From positions 32,377 to 96,376 of the forward strand of contig NIVC01003469.1 in the NCBI GenBank assembly GCA_002269645.1: a DNA stretch of 64,000 nt. Reading direction: 5' to 3'. The notes under the pieces were generated by a model. It was given only the letters and a program-made list of their open reading frames with translations. It did not search any database and was not told the DNA's origin. Shown piece by piece: positions 24,077-34,020 of the stretch. Source of the DNA: Macrostomum lignano (lineage: Eukaryota). Made by a program: the position numbers and the translations under genes. Positions within the stretch are counted from its first letter, which is position 1. Each line of letters starts with the position of its first letter.

Positions 24077-25051
24077 ATGGACACAGATAATAACCGCTTA
24101 TATTTTATAGGAGAAATTGTAGATACTTTAGATCTAGATGATAATAAACATAGCCACACAATGTTAAAAAGATTGGATCGTTTAGGTAAAAAACTTGACT
24201 ACGATATCGATACATTTAAACTTGCTGCAAAATATGCACAAGAAGGAAGGCCAATATCCTTTAAGAATCATGGTAGAAATTATAGGTTGACAGACTCCGA
24301 TGTAAAATTTTTATTGGAGACTCACACTAAAAAAGACGGTGGGTTGTTACCTATTTTACCAATTCTTTTAGGCCTCGGAGCAGCCGGAGCAGCCGGTTTA
24401 GCAGGTAAAAGAATTCATGATAACCGAAAACAGTTAGCAGAATTAAAAGCAAAACAAGGAGGAATATTGCCATTAGCAACTTTATTACCAATAATTTTTG
24501 CAGGAATAGGAGCAGCTGGTGGAATAGCAGGGGGCGCAGCCGGAATCACAAAAGCAGTAAATGATAAAAAAGCTGCGGATGAAAAAGCTAAACGAGATGC
24601 AGAATTTCAAAGACAGCAAATAACACAGGACGCACAATTCAAACAGAAACTTATTGATACCATTAATAGTAGTTCAGCAACAGCAGAGCAAAAAAGAAAT
24701 GCAGAAGCTAGGTTAGCAGCCGGAAAAGGTTTACTGTTAAATGGCAACGGTTTGGTACTAAAAGGAACGACCCAAGGAAGCGGAGTTGTCGCAGATAAAC
24801 TACAGGAATTTGGTCAAACTTTAGAAAAAACGGGTGAGAAAGCTAAAGGATTTTTTGATAATATTGGAGCTAATTTTAGGCCAGCAGTTCAGAAGATTTT
24901 TAATAAGTTAGGAAAAGATTTTAACATAATTGAAAAACACGATGGAAGCGGATTATATCTCGAAATGAGACCAAAAGCAGGTTCAGGAATTTTCTTAAAT
25001 TCAAATGTTATGGGAAATGGATTGCTATTACCAAAAGCAGATCTCGAATAG
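24077..25051 (+). CDS. Polinton core-protein precursor, 324 aa, with two adenovirus pX/mu-like hydrophobic segments
   Basis: GGLLPILPILLGLGAAG and GGILPLATLLPIIFAGIGAAGG resemble adenovirus pX (GGILPLLIPLIAAAIGA); repeated GxG-hydrophobic motifs. Confidence 0.75.
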   Translation: MDTDNNRLYFIGEIVDTLDLDDNKHSHTMLKRLDRLGKKLDYDIDTFKLAAKYAQEGRPISFKNHGRNYRLTDSDVKFLLETHTKKDGGLLPILPILLGLGAAGAAGLAGKRIHDNRKQLAELKAKQGGILPLATLLPIIFAGIGAAGGIAGGAAGITKAVNDKKAADEKAKRDAEFQRQQITQDAQFKQKLIDTINSSSATAEQKRNAEARLAAGKGLLLNGNGLVLKGTTQGSGVVADKLQEFGQTLEKTGEKAKGFFDNIGANFRPAVQKIFNKLGKDFNIIEKHDGSGLYLEMRPKAGSGIFLNSNVMGNGLLLPKADLE

Positions 25052-25135
25052 GCTCCTGGGGGGAGGGTCTGGACACCAAAAACCCAAAATTAAAAAATCA
25101 ATAATTCAAACATTATATAAATTTTATTCTATAAA

Positions 25136-28100
25136 ATGGAACAAAGAATGACCCCAGATCAGATTCGACAACTTCTTGCAAATGAGCGCCAACAGTTCAA
25201 TCGATTACAAAGACAGATTGAACAAATTGAACAGCGCCAAAGACAACAACGCCGCCAAAGAGCAAGAGAAAGACAGAGAGAAAGGCAGAGAGAAAGAGAA
25301 ATACAAGAACAGCAAATAAATGCATTAGCAAATAATATAAGGGCAGAATATGAAATGAAGCGATTAATAGAAAAGGCTGAATATGAAAAAAGAATAGCAG
25401 AATTAGAAAAAAACCAAAAGAAACCCACACGTCGGAAACCTCGGAATAAATCGGATGAAAAACCATTAGATGAGTTTATTAGGGTTTATCGATTTGAACC
25501 AATGCAGAATGTCCTAGATTTTATTGAAACCCAGCTTTCAAACGGATATAGTGTTGAAATTACTAATGCGAGGGTACAATATTTTTATAATAAAACCGGA
25601 GATGATCGCGAAGAGATTAATCAATACTTAGCAACATTTTATAATATAAGCCAATTTCAAGCTTGGTTTAAGCATTTGGTAGAAAACTACGACATGAATT
25701 TAAGTGTGTTTTCTGGAAGACTTAAAATGACACCAAACGAAATTACACTTAAACACGAAAGGTCAAAGCAGGGTATGGGAACAAATGTCATGTGTGAAAT
25801 TGCAGAGTATAAAGATGAGTACTGTTACATACCTAGTGATGGAAATTGTTTCTACAAGTGTGTTCAGTTTATTTATGGTGATAAAGCCCCATCCAAAGAC
25901 GAATATGGTGCTTGGTTGTACGACTCAAGAACCCAAAGAGGATTAATGACAAATTCAAGAATTGGAAAATTCAATGAATATTTTAATCTTAATATAGGGC
26001 TGTATAACCCTAATAATCGTGGAATTGAACCAAAGTCTCAAAGAGGGATTCACCACGACTGGTTATTAATAAATTACTATCACACAGCCGACTATCACAT
26101 TGGTCATTATTGCCTTATATCCAATAAACAACGAGGAATCGCCCTCGAACGGATAAAAGACAATTATAAAGTAGTATTTAAAAACCCAACGCCCGAAAAT
26201 GTTAAAGAGCTAAAAATGTTCACCACATCCACAAATCCCAAAAAATCAAATGTATACATATTTGATTTTGAAACATATTTAAATTATAATCAACAAGCAT
26301 GTCCGTATGCAGTTGGTCTTTTAAACTATAACGACTTTTCTAATAATTGTAACGAAACCCCAGAGACAATAAAGAAACTAACTAAGATCTTGATATCAGA
26401 TCGCGGTTGTGATTTTCAAACTGGTGGAGATAAAATGGACTGTGTTAGAAAAATGTTTAAATACCTTGGTACAGTTAGGTCAAAAAAGATTGTTTTGATC
26501 GCACACAACTCATCCCGCTTCGATTCATACATACCACTATTTTGTAATATAAAACCAATTAAAATTCTTAAAACCCCAAGAGGAATATTATCAATCACTT
26601 TTGTAAACGATTATATGTCAAAAGAGGTTAGAGCGTTTATAAACAAAGATAAGAAGAAGAATCATAAGGATTCGAAACAAACCATTACGATGCTTTGTTC
26701 ATATCAACACGCATCAATGAGTTTAAAAAAGTTTTGCTCATCAATGACAATTAGAGAGGATTTGCGCAAGACCTCAATGGTTCACGACATTACTGAGGAC
26801 GACTACCTAGAGCGCACGGATGAATGGTATGAATATTTACAATTTGATCTTATTTCTTTATGTGCCTGTATTCATAAGTATAATGAAATAGCATATGAAA
26901 TTGGAGGAATGACAATGTTCGATACTCTTACCTGTTCAAGTTTAACATTAAAATGTTGGTTTAAAGATTTTGTTAGAGTTGAAGACAAAATGAAACAATA
27001 CCTAAAGACAAAAGAAAAAAGTAATTACATTAAAAAAGTTGAAGAAATAATATCTCCGTTAAAAATCGAAGATTATTTTGACTTGAGCAAACTTGATAAA
27101 GCGAAATATCAAACACTATTAAGAAAAGAATTTTCGGTTCACTCTCATACCAACCCTTATATAAGAAGGTTTATGAGGGACGCAGTCAAAGGAGGCAGAG
27201 TATTTGCACTAATAAATAAATACGAAAGTGACTGTTTTCAAACAATTGTAGACGTTGTAAAAGGCCATTTAAAAATACCAACAAGCGACCCATGCGAGGT
27301 TATATCAACTTATCTCAAAAGCGATATGGAAGAAAAAAAGAAAATCGCAATTAAACTAAAAAACCAATTGGGTACCGTATCAGATTGTTTAATGAATTTT
27401 GATGGAGTCTCGTTGTACCCATCTGCTATGTCTGATAAGGATAGTGAATATCCAAGAGCAGAAACAGCCAGAGTTTTTGATATAAGCGAGGAAAAAGATT
27501 TTTTGACACAATTTAATTCACAAACCTTTCGACCAAAAACAGCGGTTTTAAAGATTATGTATGAGAACCCTACCAGCGTTTTTCTTCAACATCTCCCATC
27601 GAAAGATAAAGAGAAATTTTATAATCCGGAAACAAAAGCAAACGAAACAAAAACATTAAATAGGTTTAGAAATGGAAAGGTAATCGACACCTTAAGTTCC
27701 GTAGACATACAAGAAATTGTAAGAATGGGTGGAAAAATATTTAAGATATATAGTGGAATTGTATATGAAAAAAATTACGATTTCTCTCCGTTTCAGAATT
27801 ATATTACAAACCTTTTTGAAATGAGAAAAGTATTTAAAAAAGAAAATAACGAGGCGGGTTCTGAATTAGTAAAAACATTGTTAAATTCCTTATATGGTAA
27901 AACGGTTCAAAGAGACATTACTTTCACAACGCATCTCTGGAATTTGAATACATTAAAAACAGAATACGACGACACAATTAAGTCATATGAGAAAATATGT
28001 GACGATTTATTTTATGTTGAAAAAAAGAAAGACACACAAGAATATTTAGATGAGGATGATAATCCTACAACAGGTCTTTGTCCGGCACAATTAGGAATAT

Positions 28101-28606
28101 TTATCTTAGCTCATTCAAGAAGGATCATGAATAATTTTATCACCTCTATAGACGGTTCAAAGACTCCAGAAATTTATTACGGTGATACGGATTCGTTATA
28201 TATACATAAAAAACATTGGGACACATTAAATAAAAACGGGCATGTTGGAAATAATTTAAGTCAAGGAAAAAACGATTATGGAGAGGGCGGAATTATATTC
28301 GGATATTTTATTGCTCCTGAAATTAAATATTGTCTGTTATTGAAAGACGATTTTATTATGGAAGAGAAAAAAACATTTAAAGGATGTGCAAACGATAAGA
28401 TTAATTTTGCATCGTTTAAAACTTTATATGATGGACAGTCAATAAAAGTAAATAATAATGCTCCGTGGAAACGATCGTTTGAAGGCGGTATAAAAATTCC
28501 TCAAAGCGGATCGACCATATCAAAAACATATACTTCTACGATAAACACATTTAAAAGAGAAAAACCGGATAAAAACGGAGTTATGAAATCAATAGCCTTT
28601 TTGTAA
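25136..28606 (+). CDS. pPolB: Protein-primed family B DNA polymerase with N-terminal vOTU-like domain, 1156 aa
   Basis: Exo I FDFET, Exo II HNSSRFD, Exo III YLQFD; Pol A DGVSLYP, B KTLLNSLYGK, C YGDTDS; OTU-like SDGNCFY..GHY. Confidence 0.97.
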   Translation: MEQRMTPDQIRQLLANERQQFNRLQRQIEQIEQRQRQQRRQRARERQRERQREREIQEQQINALANNIRAEYEMKRLIEKAEYEKRIAELEKNQKKPTRRKPRNKSDEKPLDEFIRVYRFEPMQNVLDFIETQLSNGYSVEITNARVQYFYNKTGDDREEINQYLATFYNISQFQAWFKHLVENYDMNLSVFSGRLKMTPNEITLKHERSKQGMGTNVMCEIAEYKDEYCYIPSDGNCFYKCVQFIYGDKAPSKDEYGAWLYDSRTQRGLMTNSRIGKFNEYFNLNIGLYNPNNRGIEPKSQRGIHHDWLLINYYHTADYHIGHYCLISNKQRGIALERIKDNYKVVFKNPTPENVKELKMFTTSTNPKKSNVYIFDFETYLNYNQQACPYAVGLLNYNDFSNNCNETPETIKKLTKILISDRGCDFQTGGDKMDCVRKMFKYLGTVRSKKIVLIAHNSSRFDSYIPLFCNIKPIKILKTPRGILSITFVNDYMSKEVRAFINKDKKKNHKDSKQTITMLCSYQHASMSLKKFCSSMTIREDLRKTSMVHDITEDDYLERTDEWYEYLQFDLISLCACIHKYNEIAYEIGGMTMFDTLTCSSLTLKCWFKDFVRVEDKMKQYLKTKEKSNYIKKVEEIISPLKIEDYFDLSKLDKAKYQTLLRKEFSVHSHTNPYIRRFMRDAVKGGRVFALINKYESDCFQTIVDVVKGHLKIPTSDPCEVISTYLKSDMEEKKKIAIKLKNQLGTVSDCLMNFDGVSLYPSAMSDKDSEYPRAETARVFDISEEKDFLTQFNSQTFRPKTAVLKIMYENPTSVFLQHLPSKDKEKFYNPETKANETKTLNRFRNGKVIDTLSSVDIQEIVRMGGKIFKIYSGIVYEKNYDFSPFQNYITNLFEMRKVFKKENNEAGSELVKTLLNSLYGKTVQRDITFTTHLWNLNTLKTEYDDTIKSYEKICDDLFYVEKKKDTQEYLDEDDNPTTGLCPAQLGIFILAHSRRIMNNFITSIDGSKTPEIYYGDTDSLYIHKKHWDTLNKNGHVGNNLSQGKNDYGEGGIIFGYFIAPEIKYCLLLKDDFIMEEKKTFKGCANDKINFASFKTLYDGQSIKVNNNAPWKRSFEGGIKIPQSGSTISKTYTSTINTFKREKPDKNGVMKSIAFL

Positions 28607-28975
28607 TAGAGATCACATGCTCTGCCTATTAGAAGCCCTGTACATTAAGACCAAACAGCCCACGTTAAATAACCAACTTGCGATGGGTGGGGCTAGCCGT
28701 CAACTCAGAATTTTTTAGCTGATTTGTCAATGACCGGACTGGCTTGAAACTGATATGCACTTTACCCAACCAATACTGTATCAAAAATTGATTACTATGT
28801 ACAAGTTTTAAACCATCAATTAAAAACTCAATTCAACTACTCTTGTTACTCTCAACTATCTATATATACTGAATATTCGTTCAAATTGTTTCTCAATAAA
28901 AAGACCCTGACGATGTCCTAATGCAAATGGACGAAATGCATCGGCAACTCAAATAATACTTCATGTTGATATTTA
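28605..28975 (+). mobile_element. 5'-truncated Penelope-like element fragment inserted between pPolB and the convergent ORF; right boundary approximate
   Basis: 28605-28718 translates NRDHMLCLLEALYIKTKQPTLNNQL..LRIF*, matching the C-terminus of PLE GIY-YIG endonucleases; followed by AATAAA (28895) and a hammerhead-like motif. Confidence 0.75.
28903..28946 (+). ncRNA. Minimal type I hammerhead ribozyme motif (PLE-type)
   Basis: CUGACGA-(U)-GUCC..GGAC-GAAA, palindromic stem III AUGCAU, AUC cleavage triplet ending 28942; stem I weak (CC/GG only). Confidence 0.6.
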
Positions 28976-28982
28976 CCTTTAT

Positions 28983-29399
28983 TTATCTACTCTTCATCAA
29001 GCGAGCCACTTTACCTGATTTATATTTTTCCTTTCTTTTTTTAAGATATAATTTAATTGCTAAAAGTATTGATAAGTTTCTGATTAATTCAAAACCCGAT
29101 ATTGAACCAATTGCAATACCTAAAAATAATTGAGATAAATTAAGAGTTGGAATAGATTGTAAAATACCTAAAATGATTACACATAACATCGATAAGCTTC
29201 CAAAACCAATATTGAAAAAATCCATATTTCTGATATGATTTGAAACTCTTCTTACTTTTTTAGCATATAAATCATAATCATAGTTAATACGATCAACATT
29301 ACTTAACATGTGACCCTTACGTTGGTCGTGCATAGCACGCGAACCTTCGGTTCGGTCAAAATGGTCACGTTCCCTTTTATCTGCTTCAGACACCGACAT
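28983..29399 (-). CDS. Polinton two-TM membrane protein, 138 aa
   Basis: AAAATG start; two hydrophobic helices; basic C-terminus. Confidence 0.75.
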   Translation of the reverse strand: MSVSEADKRERDHFDRTEGSRAMHDQRKGHMLSNVDRINYDYDLYAKKVRRVSNHIRNMDFFNIGFGSLSMLCVIILGILQSIPTLNLSQLFLGIAIGSISGFELIRNLSILLAIKLYLKKRKEKYKSGKVARLMKSR

Positions 29400-29483
29400 T
29401 TTCGTCTATTTTTAATAGCACTAAAATGAATTCCCCGCGCTCTTTGGGGATTTGTCCCGAGCTCAATAGGTATTGTATTGGAG

Positions 29484-29714
29484 TTATTCTTTCTTTTTCT
29501 CCCATTTAAAACCTATTTTCCAAAACTCTTGAAGGATAATATGGTTTTTTAATAATTTAATTAATTCTTGAAGTTTCTTATTATCCTGAACATTCACTCC
29601 ACTAAATAAAATTCGCGTATGAGATTTAAAAGTTTTTATATTTGATTCTTGTTTAGGAATTGGAATGATAACATTATTATTTTGTCGCATCGATGGTGTT
29701 CTACTAAAAGCCAT
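29484..29714 (-). CDS. Polinton small basic ORF, 76 aa
   Basis: TATATAAAATG start; abuts the fibre stop; co-oriented with the structural block. Confidence 0.6.
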   Translation of the reverse strand: MAFSRTPSMRQNNNVIIPIPKQESNIKTFKSHTRILFSGVNVQDNKKLQELIKLLKNHIILQEFWKIGFKWEKKKE

Positions 29715-29730
29715 TTTATATAGAAATATT

Positions 29731-31716
29731 TTATATTGCTACAGGCGGTTGTTCCAAATATGCAGTCGCAGCAAAATCATAGCCTGCTGATGTGCTACCA
29801 CAAACGGCGGCACCACGAATAAAATGTGCAGCATCTGCTCCTCCAGTTCGAGCACCAAAACCCATAAGAGTTCCCGTTTTATCCAAAGTTCCCCAAGTTC
29901 CGCTATCATATGTAAAAAAGTTTTGCCCAATTAGCGTGTACACTTTGGTTGAAACATTGTATGTGCTTATTTGATACCAAATTCTTTGATTAAGAATATT
30001 TATTTCAAGCAGATGCCAATCACCATTATCAATATTTGCATAAGTTATTGTTTGATCGGCGTCGTTAAGAACATCATTACGAACTGTTGCTCCGTCTGAT
30101 TTTATATTACTCCAAACAACTCCAACTCTGTCAGTCCACTCACTCGCAAACACTATCAAGCCGGCGTTGGTTGTTAATCCAGATCCAAATTCAGTTGTTG
30201 GCCGTTCGTGACAATATGCATAAAACCAAACAGCGTCAGCACCATCTCCTGCAGAATTAGCAACTCGGAAATAGAAGGAGGCGGAGATATTACGAAAATG
30301 GGTGAAATTGAATTGTAACGCTCCAGACCGACCCGATGCTTCATCAGTAATTCTAGCACCATTTTGATAATCAATATATACAGCATCTCCAACAAAACTT
30401 CCAGTTGGAAAAATATCGCCGGCAGTGGTTGGGTTTTGATACCCAGTCCAATTACAAATTACGGGTTCGTACAAATCGGCATCAATCGCAGGTATTCCAT
30501 CCAATTTTATTTTATCGTTAAAAGACATTCGGCCATCTGCCGTTTGTGTTACAACGGTATCAACATAACCCTTAGTAACAACAGAACTGTTATCGTTTAT
30601 AGTAGAGATATTAGTAATTGTATTACCACCCATATCAATTGATTGATTAACTACTCCTAAATTTAAATCAAGAATTGTAAAAGTCTGTCTATAAATCTGA
30701 AAAGTTGCCAAGCCTGGGTTGGTAGAACCCGATGTTGATGTAAGACAGAACAATCTGAAATATGAATATGTTTTATCAAAATTTTGTGTGACATTAATTG
30801 TTTGAGTTGAATTATTTATTTCTACAGAACTATCCGCCGGTATTAAAACATCCCAACTTGTATTGTCATTACTCCCCTCAAATCGCCATGATGCTGGGTG
30901 TTCGGTTGAAGGTGATGGTCTCCCACGTAAATCAATTTTATAACACATTATCGCGGAAGGGCATTGGACTTGAATCCAATAATCAGTTTGAGTATTATTT
31001 ATTGCCCAATCTGTTGAGTCATTTCCATCAAACGCTTTCCAACTTGCAAAATCAGTTGTATTAAATGCGGTGCTTGCGGTTATTGCAAAACCATTTCCGC
31101 TCCAATCTGCCATTGTTGGTATGTGGCCAGTTTCAACCGTTTGGAATCGATCCTGTTTTGGGGCTCCACCTCCAACTAAATTATCAACTTCAGTTTTGGT
31201 ATAAGAATCAGCTATATTCCGTTTTAAATTTAAGGAATTATCCACCTCTGTTTTGGTATAGGAATCGGCAACGTTCCGTTTTAAATTTAAGGAATTATCC
31301 ACCTCTGTTTTGGTATAGGAATCTGCAACATTCCGTTTTAAATTTAATGATGTGTCGATTTCAGTTTTGGTGTAGGAATCAGTTATATCTCTTTTTAAAT
31401 TTAAGGAATTATCAACTTCAGTTTTGGTGTAGGAATCGGCAACATTTCGTTTTAAATTTAATGAATCATCTATTTGAGTTTTGGTATAGGAATCTGCAAC
31501 ATTTCTTTTTAAATTTAATGAATCATCTATTTGAGTTTTGGTATAGGAATCTGCAACATTTCTTTTTAAATTTAGTTTATTATCAATTTCAGTTTTTTTA
31601 TAACCTTCATCTTCATTAATATATCGGTTATCTCCGAATGTAACACTTATACCACCAGTTGTACCACCACCAGTACTTGTTGTTCCGTTCCATGAGGGCG
31701 TTCCAGAAAATAACAT
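29731..31716 (-). CDS. Fibre/receptor-binding-like protein, 661 aa
   Basis: Seven 19-aa repeats NLKRNVADSYTKTEVDNSL; F5/8-type C/discoidin-like module (AFDGN..W..YWIQ..W.FEGSND..W); tail-fibre-like linkers MGGNTITN..TKGYVD and GRMSFNDKIKLDGI; C-terminal L-type lectin/ConA-like region (GDGADAVWF). Confidence 0.75.
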   Translation of the reverse strand: MLFSGTPSWNGTTSTGGGTTGGISVTFGDNRYINEDEGYKKTEIDNKLNLKRNVADSYTKTQIDDSLNLKRNVADSYTKTQIDDSLNLKRNVADSYTKTEVDNSLNLKRDITDSYTKTEIDTSLNLKRNVADSYTKTEVDNSLNLKRNVADSYTKTEVDNSLNLKRNIADSYTKTEVDNLVGGGAPKQDRFQTVETGHIPTMADWSGNGFAITASTAFNTTDFASWKAFDGNDSTDWAINNTQTDYWIQVQCPSAIMCYKIDLRGRPSPSTEHPASWRFEGSNDNTSWDVLIPADSSVEINNSTQTINVTQNFDKTYSYFRLFCLTSTSGSTNPGLATFQIYRQTFTILDLNLGVVNQSIDMGGNTITNISTINDNSSVVTKGYVDTVVTQTADGRMSFNDKIKLDGIPAIDADLYEPVICNWTGYQNPTTAGDIFPTGSFVGDAVYIDYQNGARITDEASGRSGALQFNFTHFRNISASFYFRVANSAGDGADAVWFYAYCHERPTTEFGSGLTTNAGLIVFASEWTDRVGVVWSNIKSDGATVRNDVLNDADQTITYANIDNGDWHLLEINILNQRIWYQISTYNVSTKVYTLIGQNFFTYDSGTWGTLDKTGTLMGFGARTGGADAAHFIRGAAVCGSTSAGYDFAATAYLEQPPVAI

Positions 31717-31726
31717 TTTTTACTGT

Positions 31727-32194
31727 CTATTTTATAGAGTCTAAAATCGCCCCGTAGGGTCGCATACTTTGTATGATCCCTTTAAAGTCTTCGGGTCTTT
31801 CCTTAGAGTTATTAATTTTATATAAAAAATACAACGCCGCTTGCCCGCAATAACTTTTATCAAATGTTTGAAATTGTTCGTGATAATCTCCACATAAACG
31901 ATTTTTAGTATGATTAAATTTATCTTTTATTTCCTGTAACGGAGGAAGCGCGTATGAATCAAAAAAATAAACAAGTTTAGGTTTGGAATAAACTGCCGAC
32001 CAATGAACACCGTTTTCTTTTGTTGTTTCAATATTAACAATGAAAGATCCATATTTTGGTAAGTCTTTTATCTCATCCCGCATAACACATCTGAATGGTT
32101 TTATTTTTAACTGCCGCGCCCAATTTGTTAATTCGATATTGCTTGTTGTGTCTGTTCCATATCTTTGTTTAAAATCATCCCACGTTAGTGCCAT
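31727..32194 (-). CDS. PRO: Adenain-like cysteine maturation protease, 155 aa
   Basis: GVHWSA (His), FFDSY (Asp), FQ..SYCG (Gln/Cys). Confidence 0.93.
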   Translation of the reverse strand: MALTWDDFKQRYGTDTTSNIELTNWARQLKIKPFRCVMRDEIKDLPKYGSFIVNIETTKENGVHWSAVYSKPKLVYFFDSYALPPLQEIKDKFNHTKNRLCGDYHEQFQTFDKSYCGQAALYFLYKINNSKERPEDFKGIIQSMRPYGAILDSIK

Positions 32195-32195
32195 T

Positions 32196-32369
32196 TTATG
32201 TTCCTGAAAAACTCTTGGTTTTAGTTAGTTTTGTAGGTTTAGATTTTAACAGTTCCTTTCGGATTTTTTCTGCTTGAAGGTGTTTCAATTTTGTTAATTC
32301 GATTTCATAATTATCCTTTGCATTTTGAACTTTATCTGATTGTTTTTTTAAAACATTGTTGTTACCCAT
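32196..32369 (-). CDS. Small Lys-rich ORF, 57 aa (MGNNNVLKKQ...KSFSGT), absent from the ORF track
   Basis: Hand-translated; CTATAGTAAAAATG start; fills the mCP-PRO gap, stop 1 nt before the PRO ATG. Confidence 0.65.
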   Translation of the reverse strand: MGNNNVLKKQSDKVQNAKDNYEIELTKLKHLQAEKIRKELLKSKPTKLTKTKSFSGT

Positions 32370-32413
32370 TTTTACTATAGGAAACGGACGAAGTCCTCGC
32401 CCCTACGGGGCGG

Positions 32414-33199
32414 TTAAACCTGTTTTATCCGTAAAATTACCGTTATTGATTGCCCACCAAAACTTATTAATCTATCGCTTTCATCTACAATCCTAATATA
32501 AATTGATTGAACACTATATTGAGTTAAAGGATAATATATTGGGGTTTGGGGTGAAACAATCATTTTCTCTCCAATTGGAACAGCAAGAAACGGGATTGAA
32601 TAAATAATTCCACGTTGAACCAAAACTCCGTTATCGTCTGTTATATAACCACCGTTTGATATGTCGGTTGTTATATTAATTGTATTAACTCCACCCTCAA
32701 TATTTCCAACTGTATCGCCGGTGCTTGATGTGGTAACGATTCGGGAATTAAATCCGAGTATGGTTCTGAGTGAATTTGCAATTGTGAAATCAACCTGATA
32801 TCCGGATTCGAGTGATAGTGTGAATCTGCCAGATGGTAAATCAACCCCTATAACAATTGCGCCTGCAACCCAATCTCCATTAGCTGTTAATTCTCCTTCT
32901 ATATAAGCATTCAAATCGGTATAAGAATATGCTCCTGGGTTAACGCTAAATGTTGTCCAATTGGCTCCGGAATCTTTAGAATATCTAAATTGATTATTTG
33001 TTGCATTAATTAATTGAGGCATGTTAAAAACTGAAAATAGTATCAAACCTATTTGATAACTTAGGCTTTGATCGAGTTGTAACGGATCACGCAATTGAAT
33101 GCGTTGTTCACTGGTTGTCATTATAAACTGTAAGGTTGTACTAAATTTTGAATTAGTTCGATCTACCAATTGTTTTATAGTATCTAAATTTGTAGCCAT
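32414..33199 (-). CDS. mCP: Minor capsid (penton) protein, 261 aa
   Basis: Start at CTATAAAAATG (33199); beta-rich; motifs NxxFxY, PGAY, VPxGEK..P..PIYYP, IxIRIVDE typical of Polinton pentons. Confidence 0.85.
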   Translation of the reverse strand: MATNLDTIKQLVDRTNSKFSTTLQFIMTTSEQRIQLRDPLQLDQSLSYQIGLILFSVFNMPQLINATNNQFRYSKDSGANWTTFSVNPGAYSYTDLNAYIEGELTANGDWVAGAIVIGVDLPSGRFTLSLESGYQVDFTIANSLRTILGFNSRIVTTSSTGDTVGNIEGGVNTINITTDISNGGYITDDNGVLVQRGIIYSIPFLAVPIGEKMIVSPQTPIYYPLTQYSVQSIYIRIVDESDRLISFGGQSITVILRIKQV

Positions 33200-33245
33200 T
33201 TTTATAGTGGGAGAATCGGACGAAGTCCGCGTTCCGAAGGAACGA

Positions 33246-34001
33246 TCACTCCTCATCGTCTTCTTTTATCAGATCTTTTAAGATTCGATTTTTCCTTTCT
33301 AACCTAGGGTTGATATATATATATTTATATTGACTATCATCCCAAATTTTTTTACACATACTTTTGAATGGTTTTGCATCCAACCCAGGATTAAATCTAG
33401 TGTGGATATTTTGTAAATCATAGTTATCTAAATCAAACATTACACAACAGCTAGCATTCTTTTTTATAATTGATTCTAATTCTCTAAAGGATTGGGTAAG
33501 ATAAAATGCTCCAATTCCATCTCCTCTACCACTAACAAAAATTTCCTTTTGCAATTCTTGATCGCCATCATTAATACAATCATCAAAAATAATTAGTGTT
33601 TTATCATGTTTTGGAATTTGATCATAGGATAATCGGGTTGATACTCTAACAGTTGGGGCTCGGTTGTTAATGTTTTCCGGTTCTTTTGCAGTTGTTTTAC
33701 ATAAATCCTCAATGTCATCGAGTGTAAATCTTGGTTCATCATCGTCCTCATATTGCTCATATGCTCTTAACATTCTAAACAAGATATCTTTTTTTAATTT
33801 GTTTTTTAATCCATGTTTAAGAAATTCATAATATTTTATTCTAGGTTTGTTAGTATATATTAATAAATTATTATAGTCTAACATTCCATCTGTTGTTAAT
33901 AAATCGTAAACAAAGTGTGTTTTTCCTTTACCTGATCCTCCGATTACTAAACAAAGAAAAGGATCATTTGGAAATATCTTATCGTGTTTTGCCTTTACCA
34001 T
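33246..34001 (-). CDS. ATPase: A32/FtsK-HerA-family genome-packaging ATPase, 251 aa
   Basis: Walker A GGSGKGKT, Walker B LIIFDD, GRG (usually GRH) and TQ motifs. Confidence 0.95.
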   Translation of the reverse strand: MVKAKHDKIFPNDPFLCLVIGGSGKGKTHFVYDLLTTDGMLDYNNLLIYTNKPRIKYYEFLKHGLKNKLKKDILFRMLRAYEQYEDDDEPRFTLDDIEDLCKTTAKEPENINNRAPTVRVSTRLSYDQIPKHDKTLIIFDDCINDGDQELQKEIFVSGRGDGIGAFYLTQSFRELESIIKKNASCCVMFDLDNYDLQNIHTRFNPGLDAKPFKSMCKKIWDDSQYKYIYINPRLERKNRILKDLIKEDDEE

Positions 34002-34020
34002 TTTTAAAGAAATAATTTAA

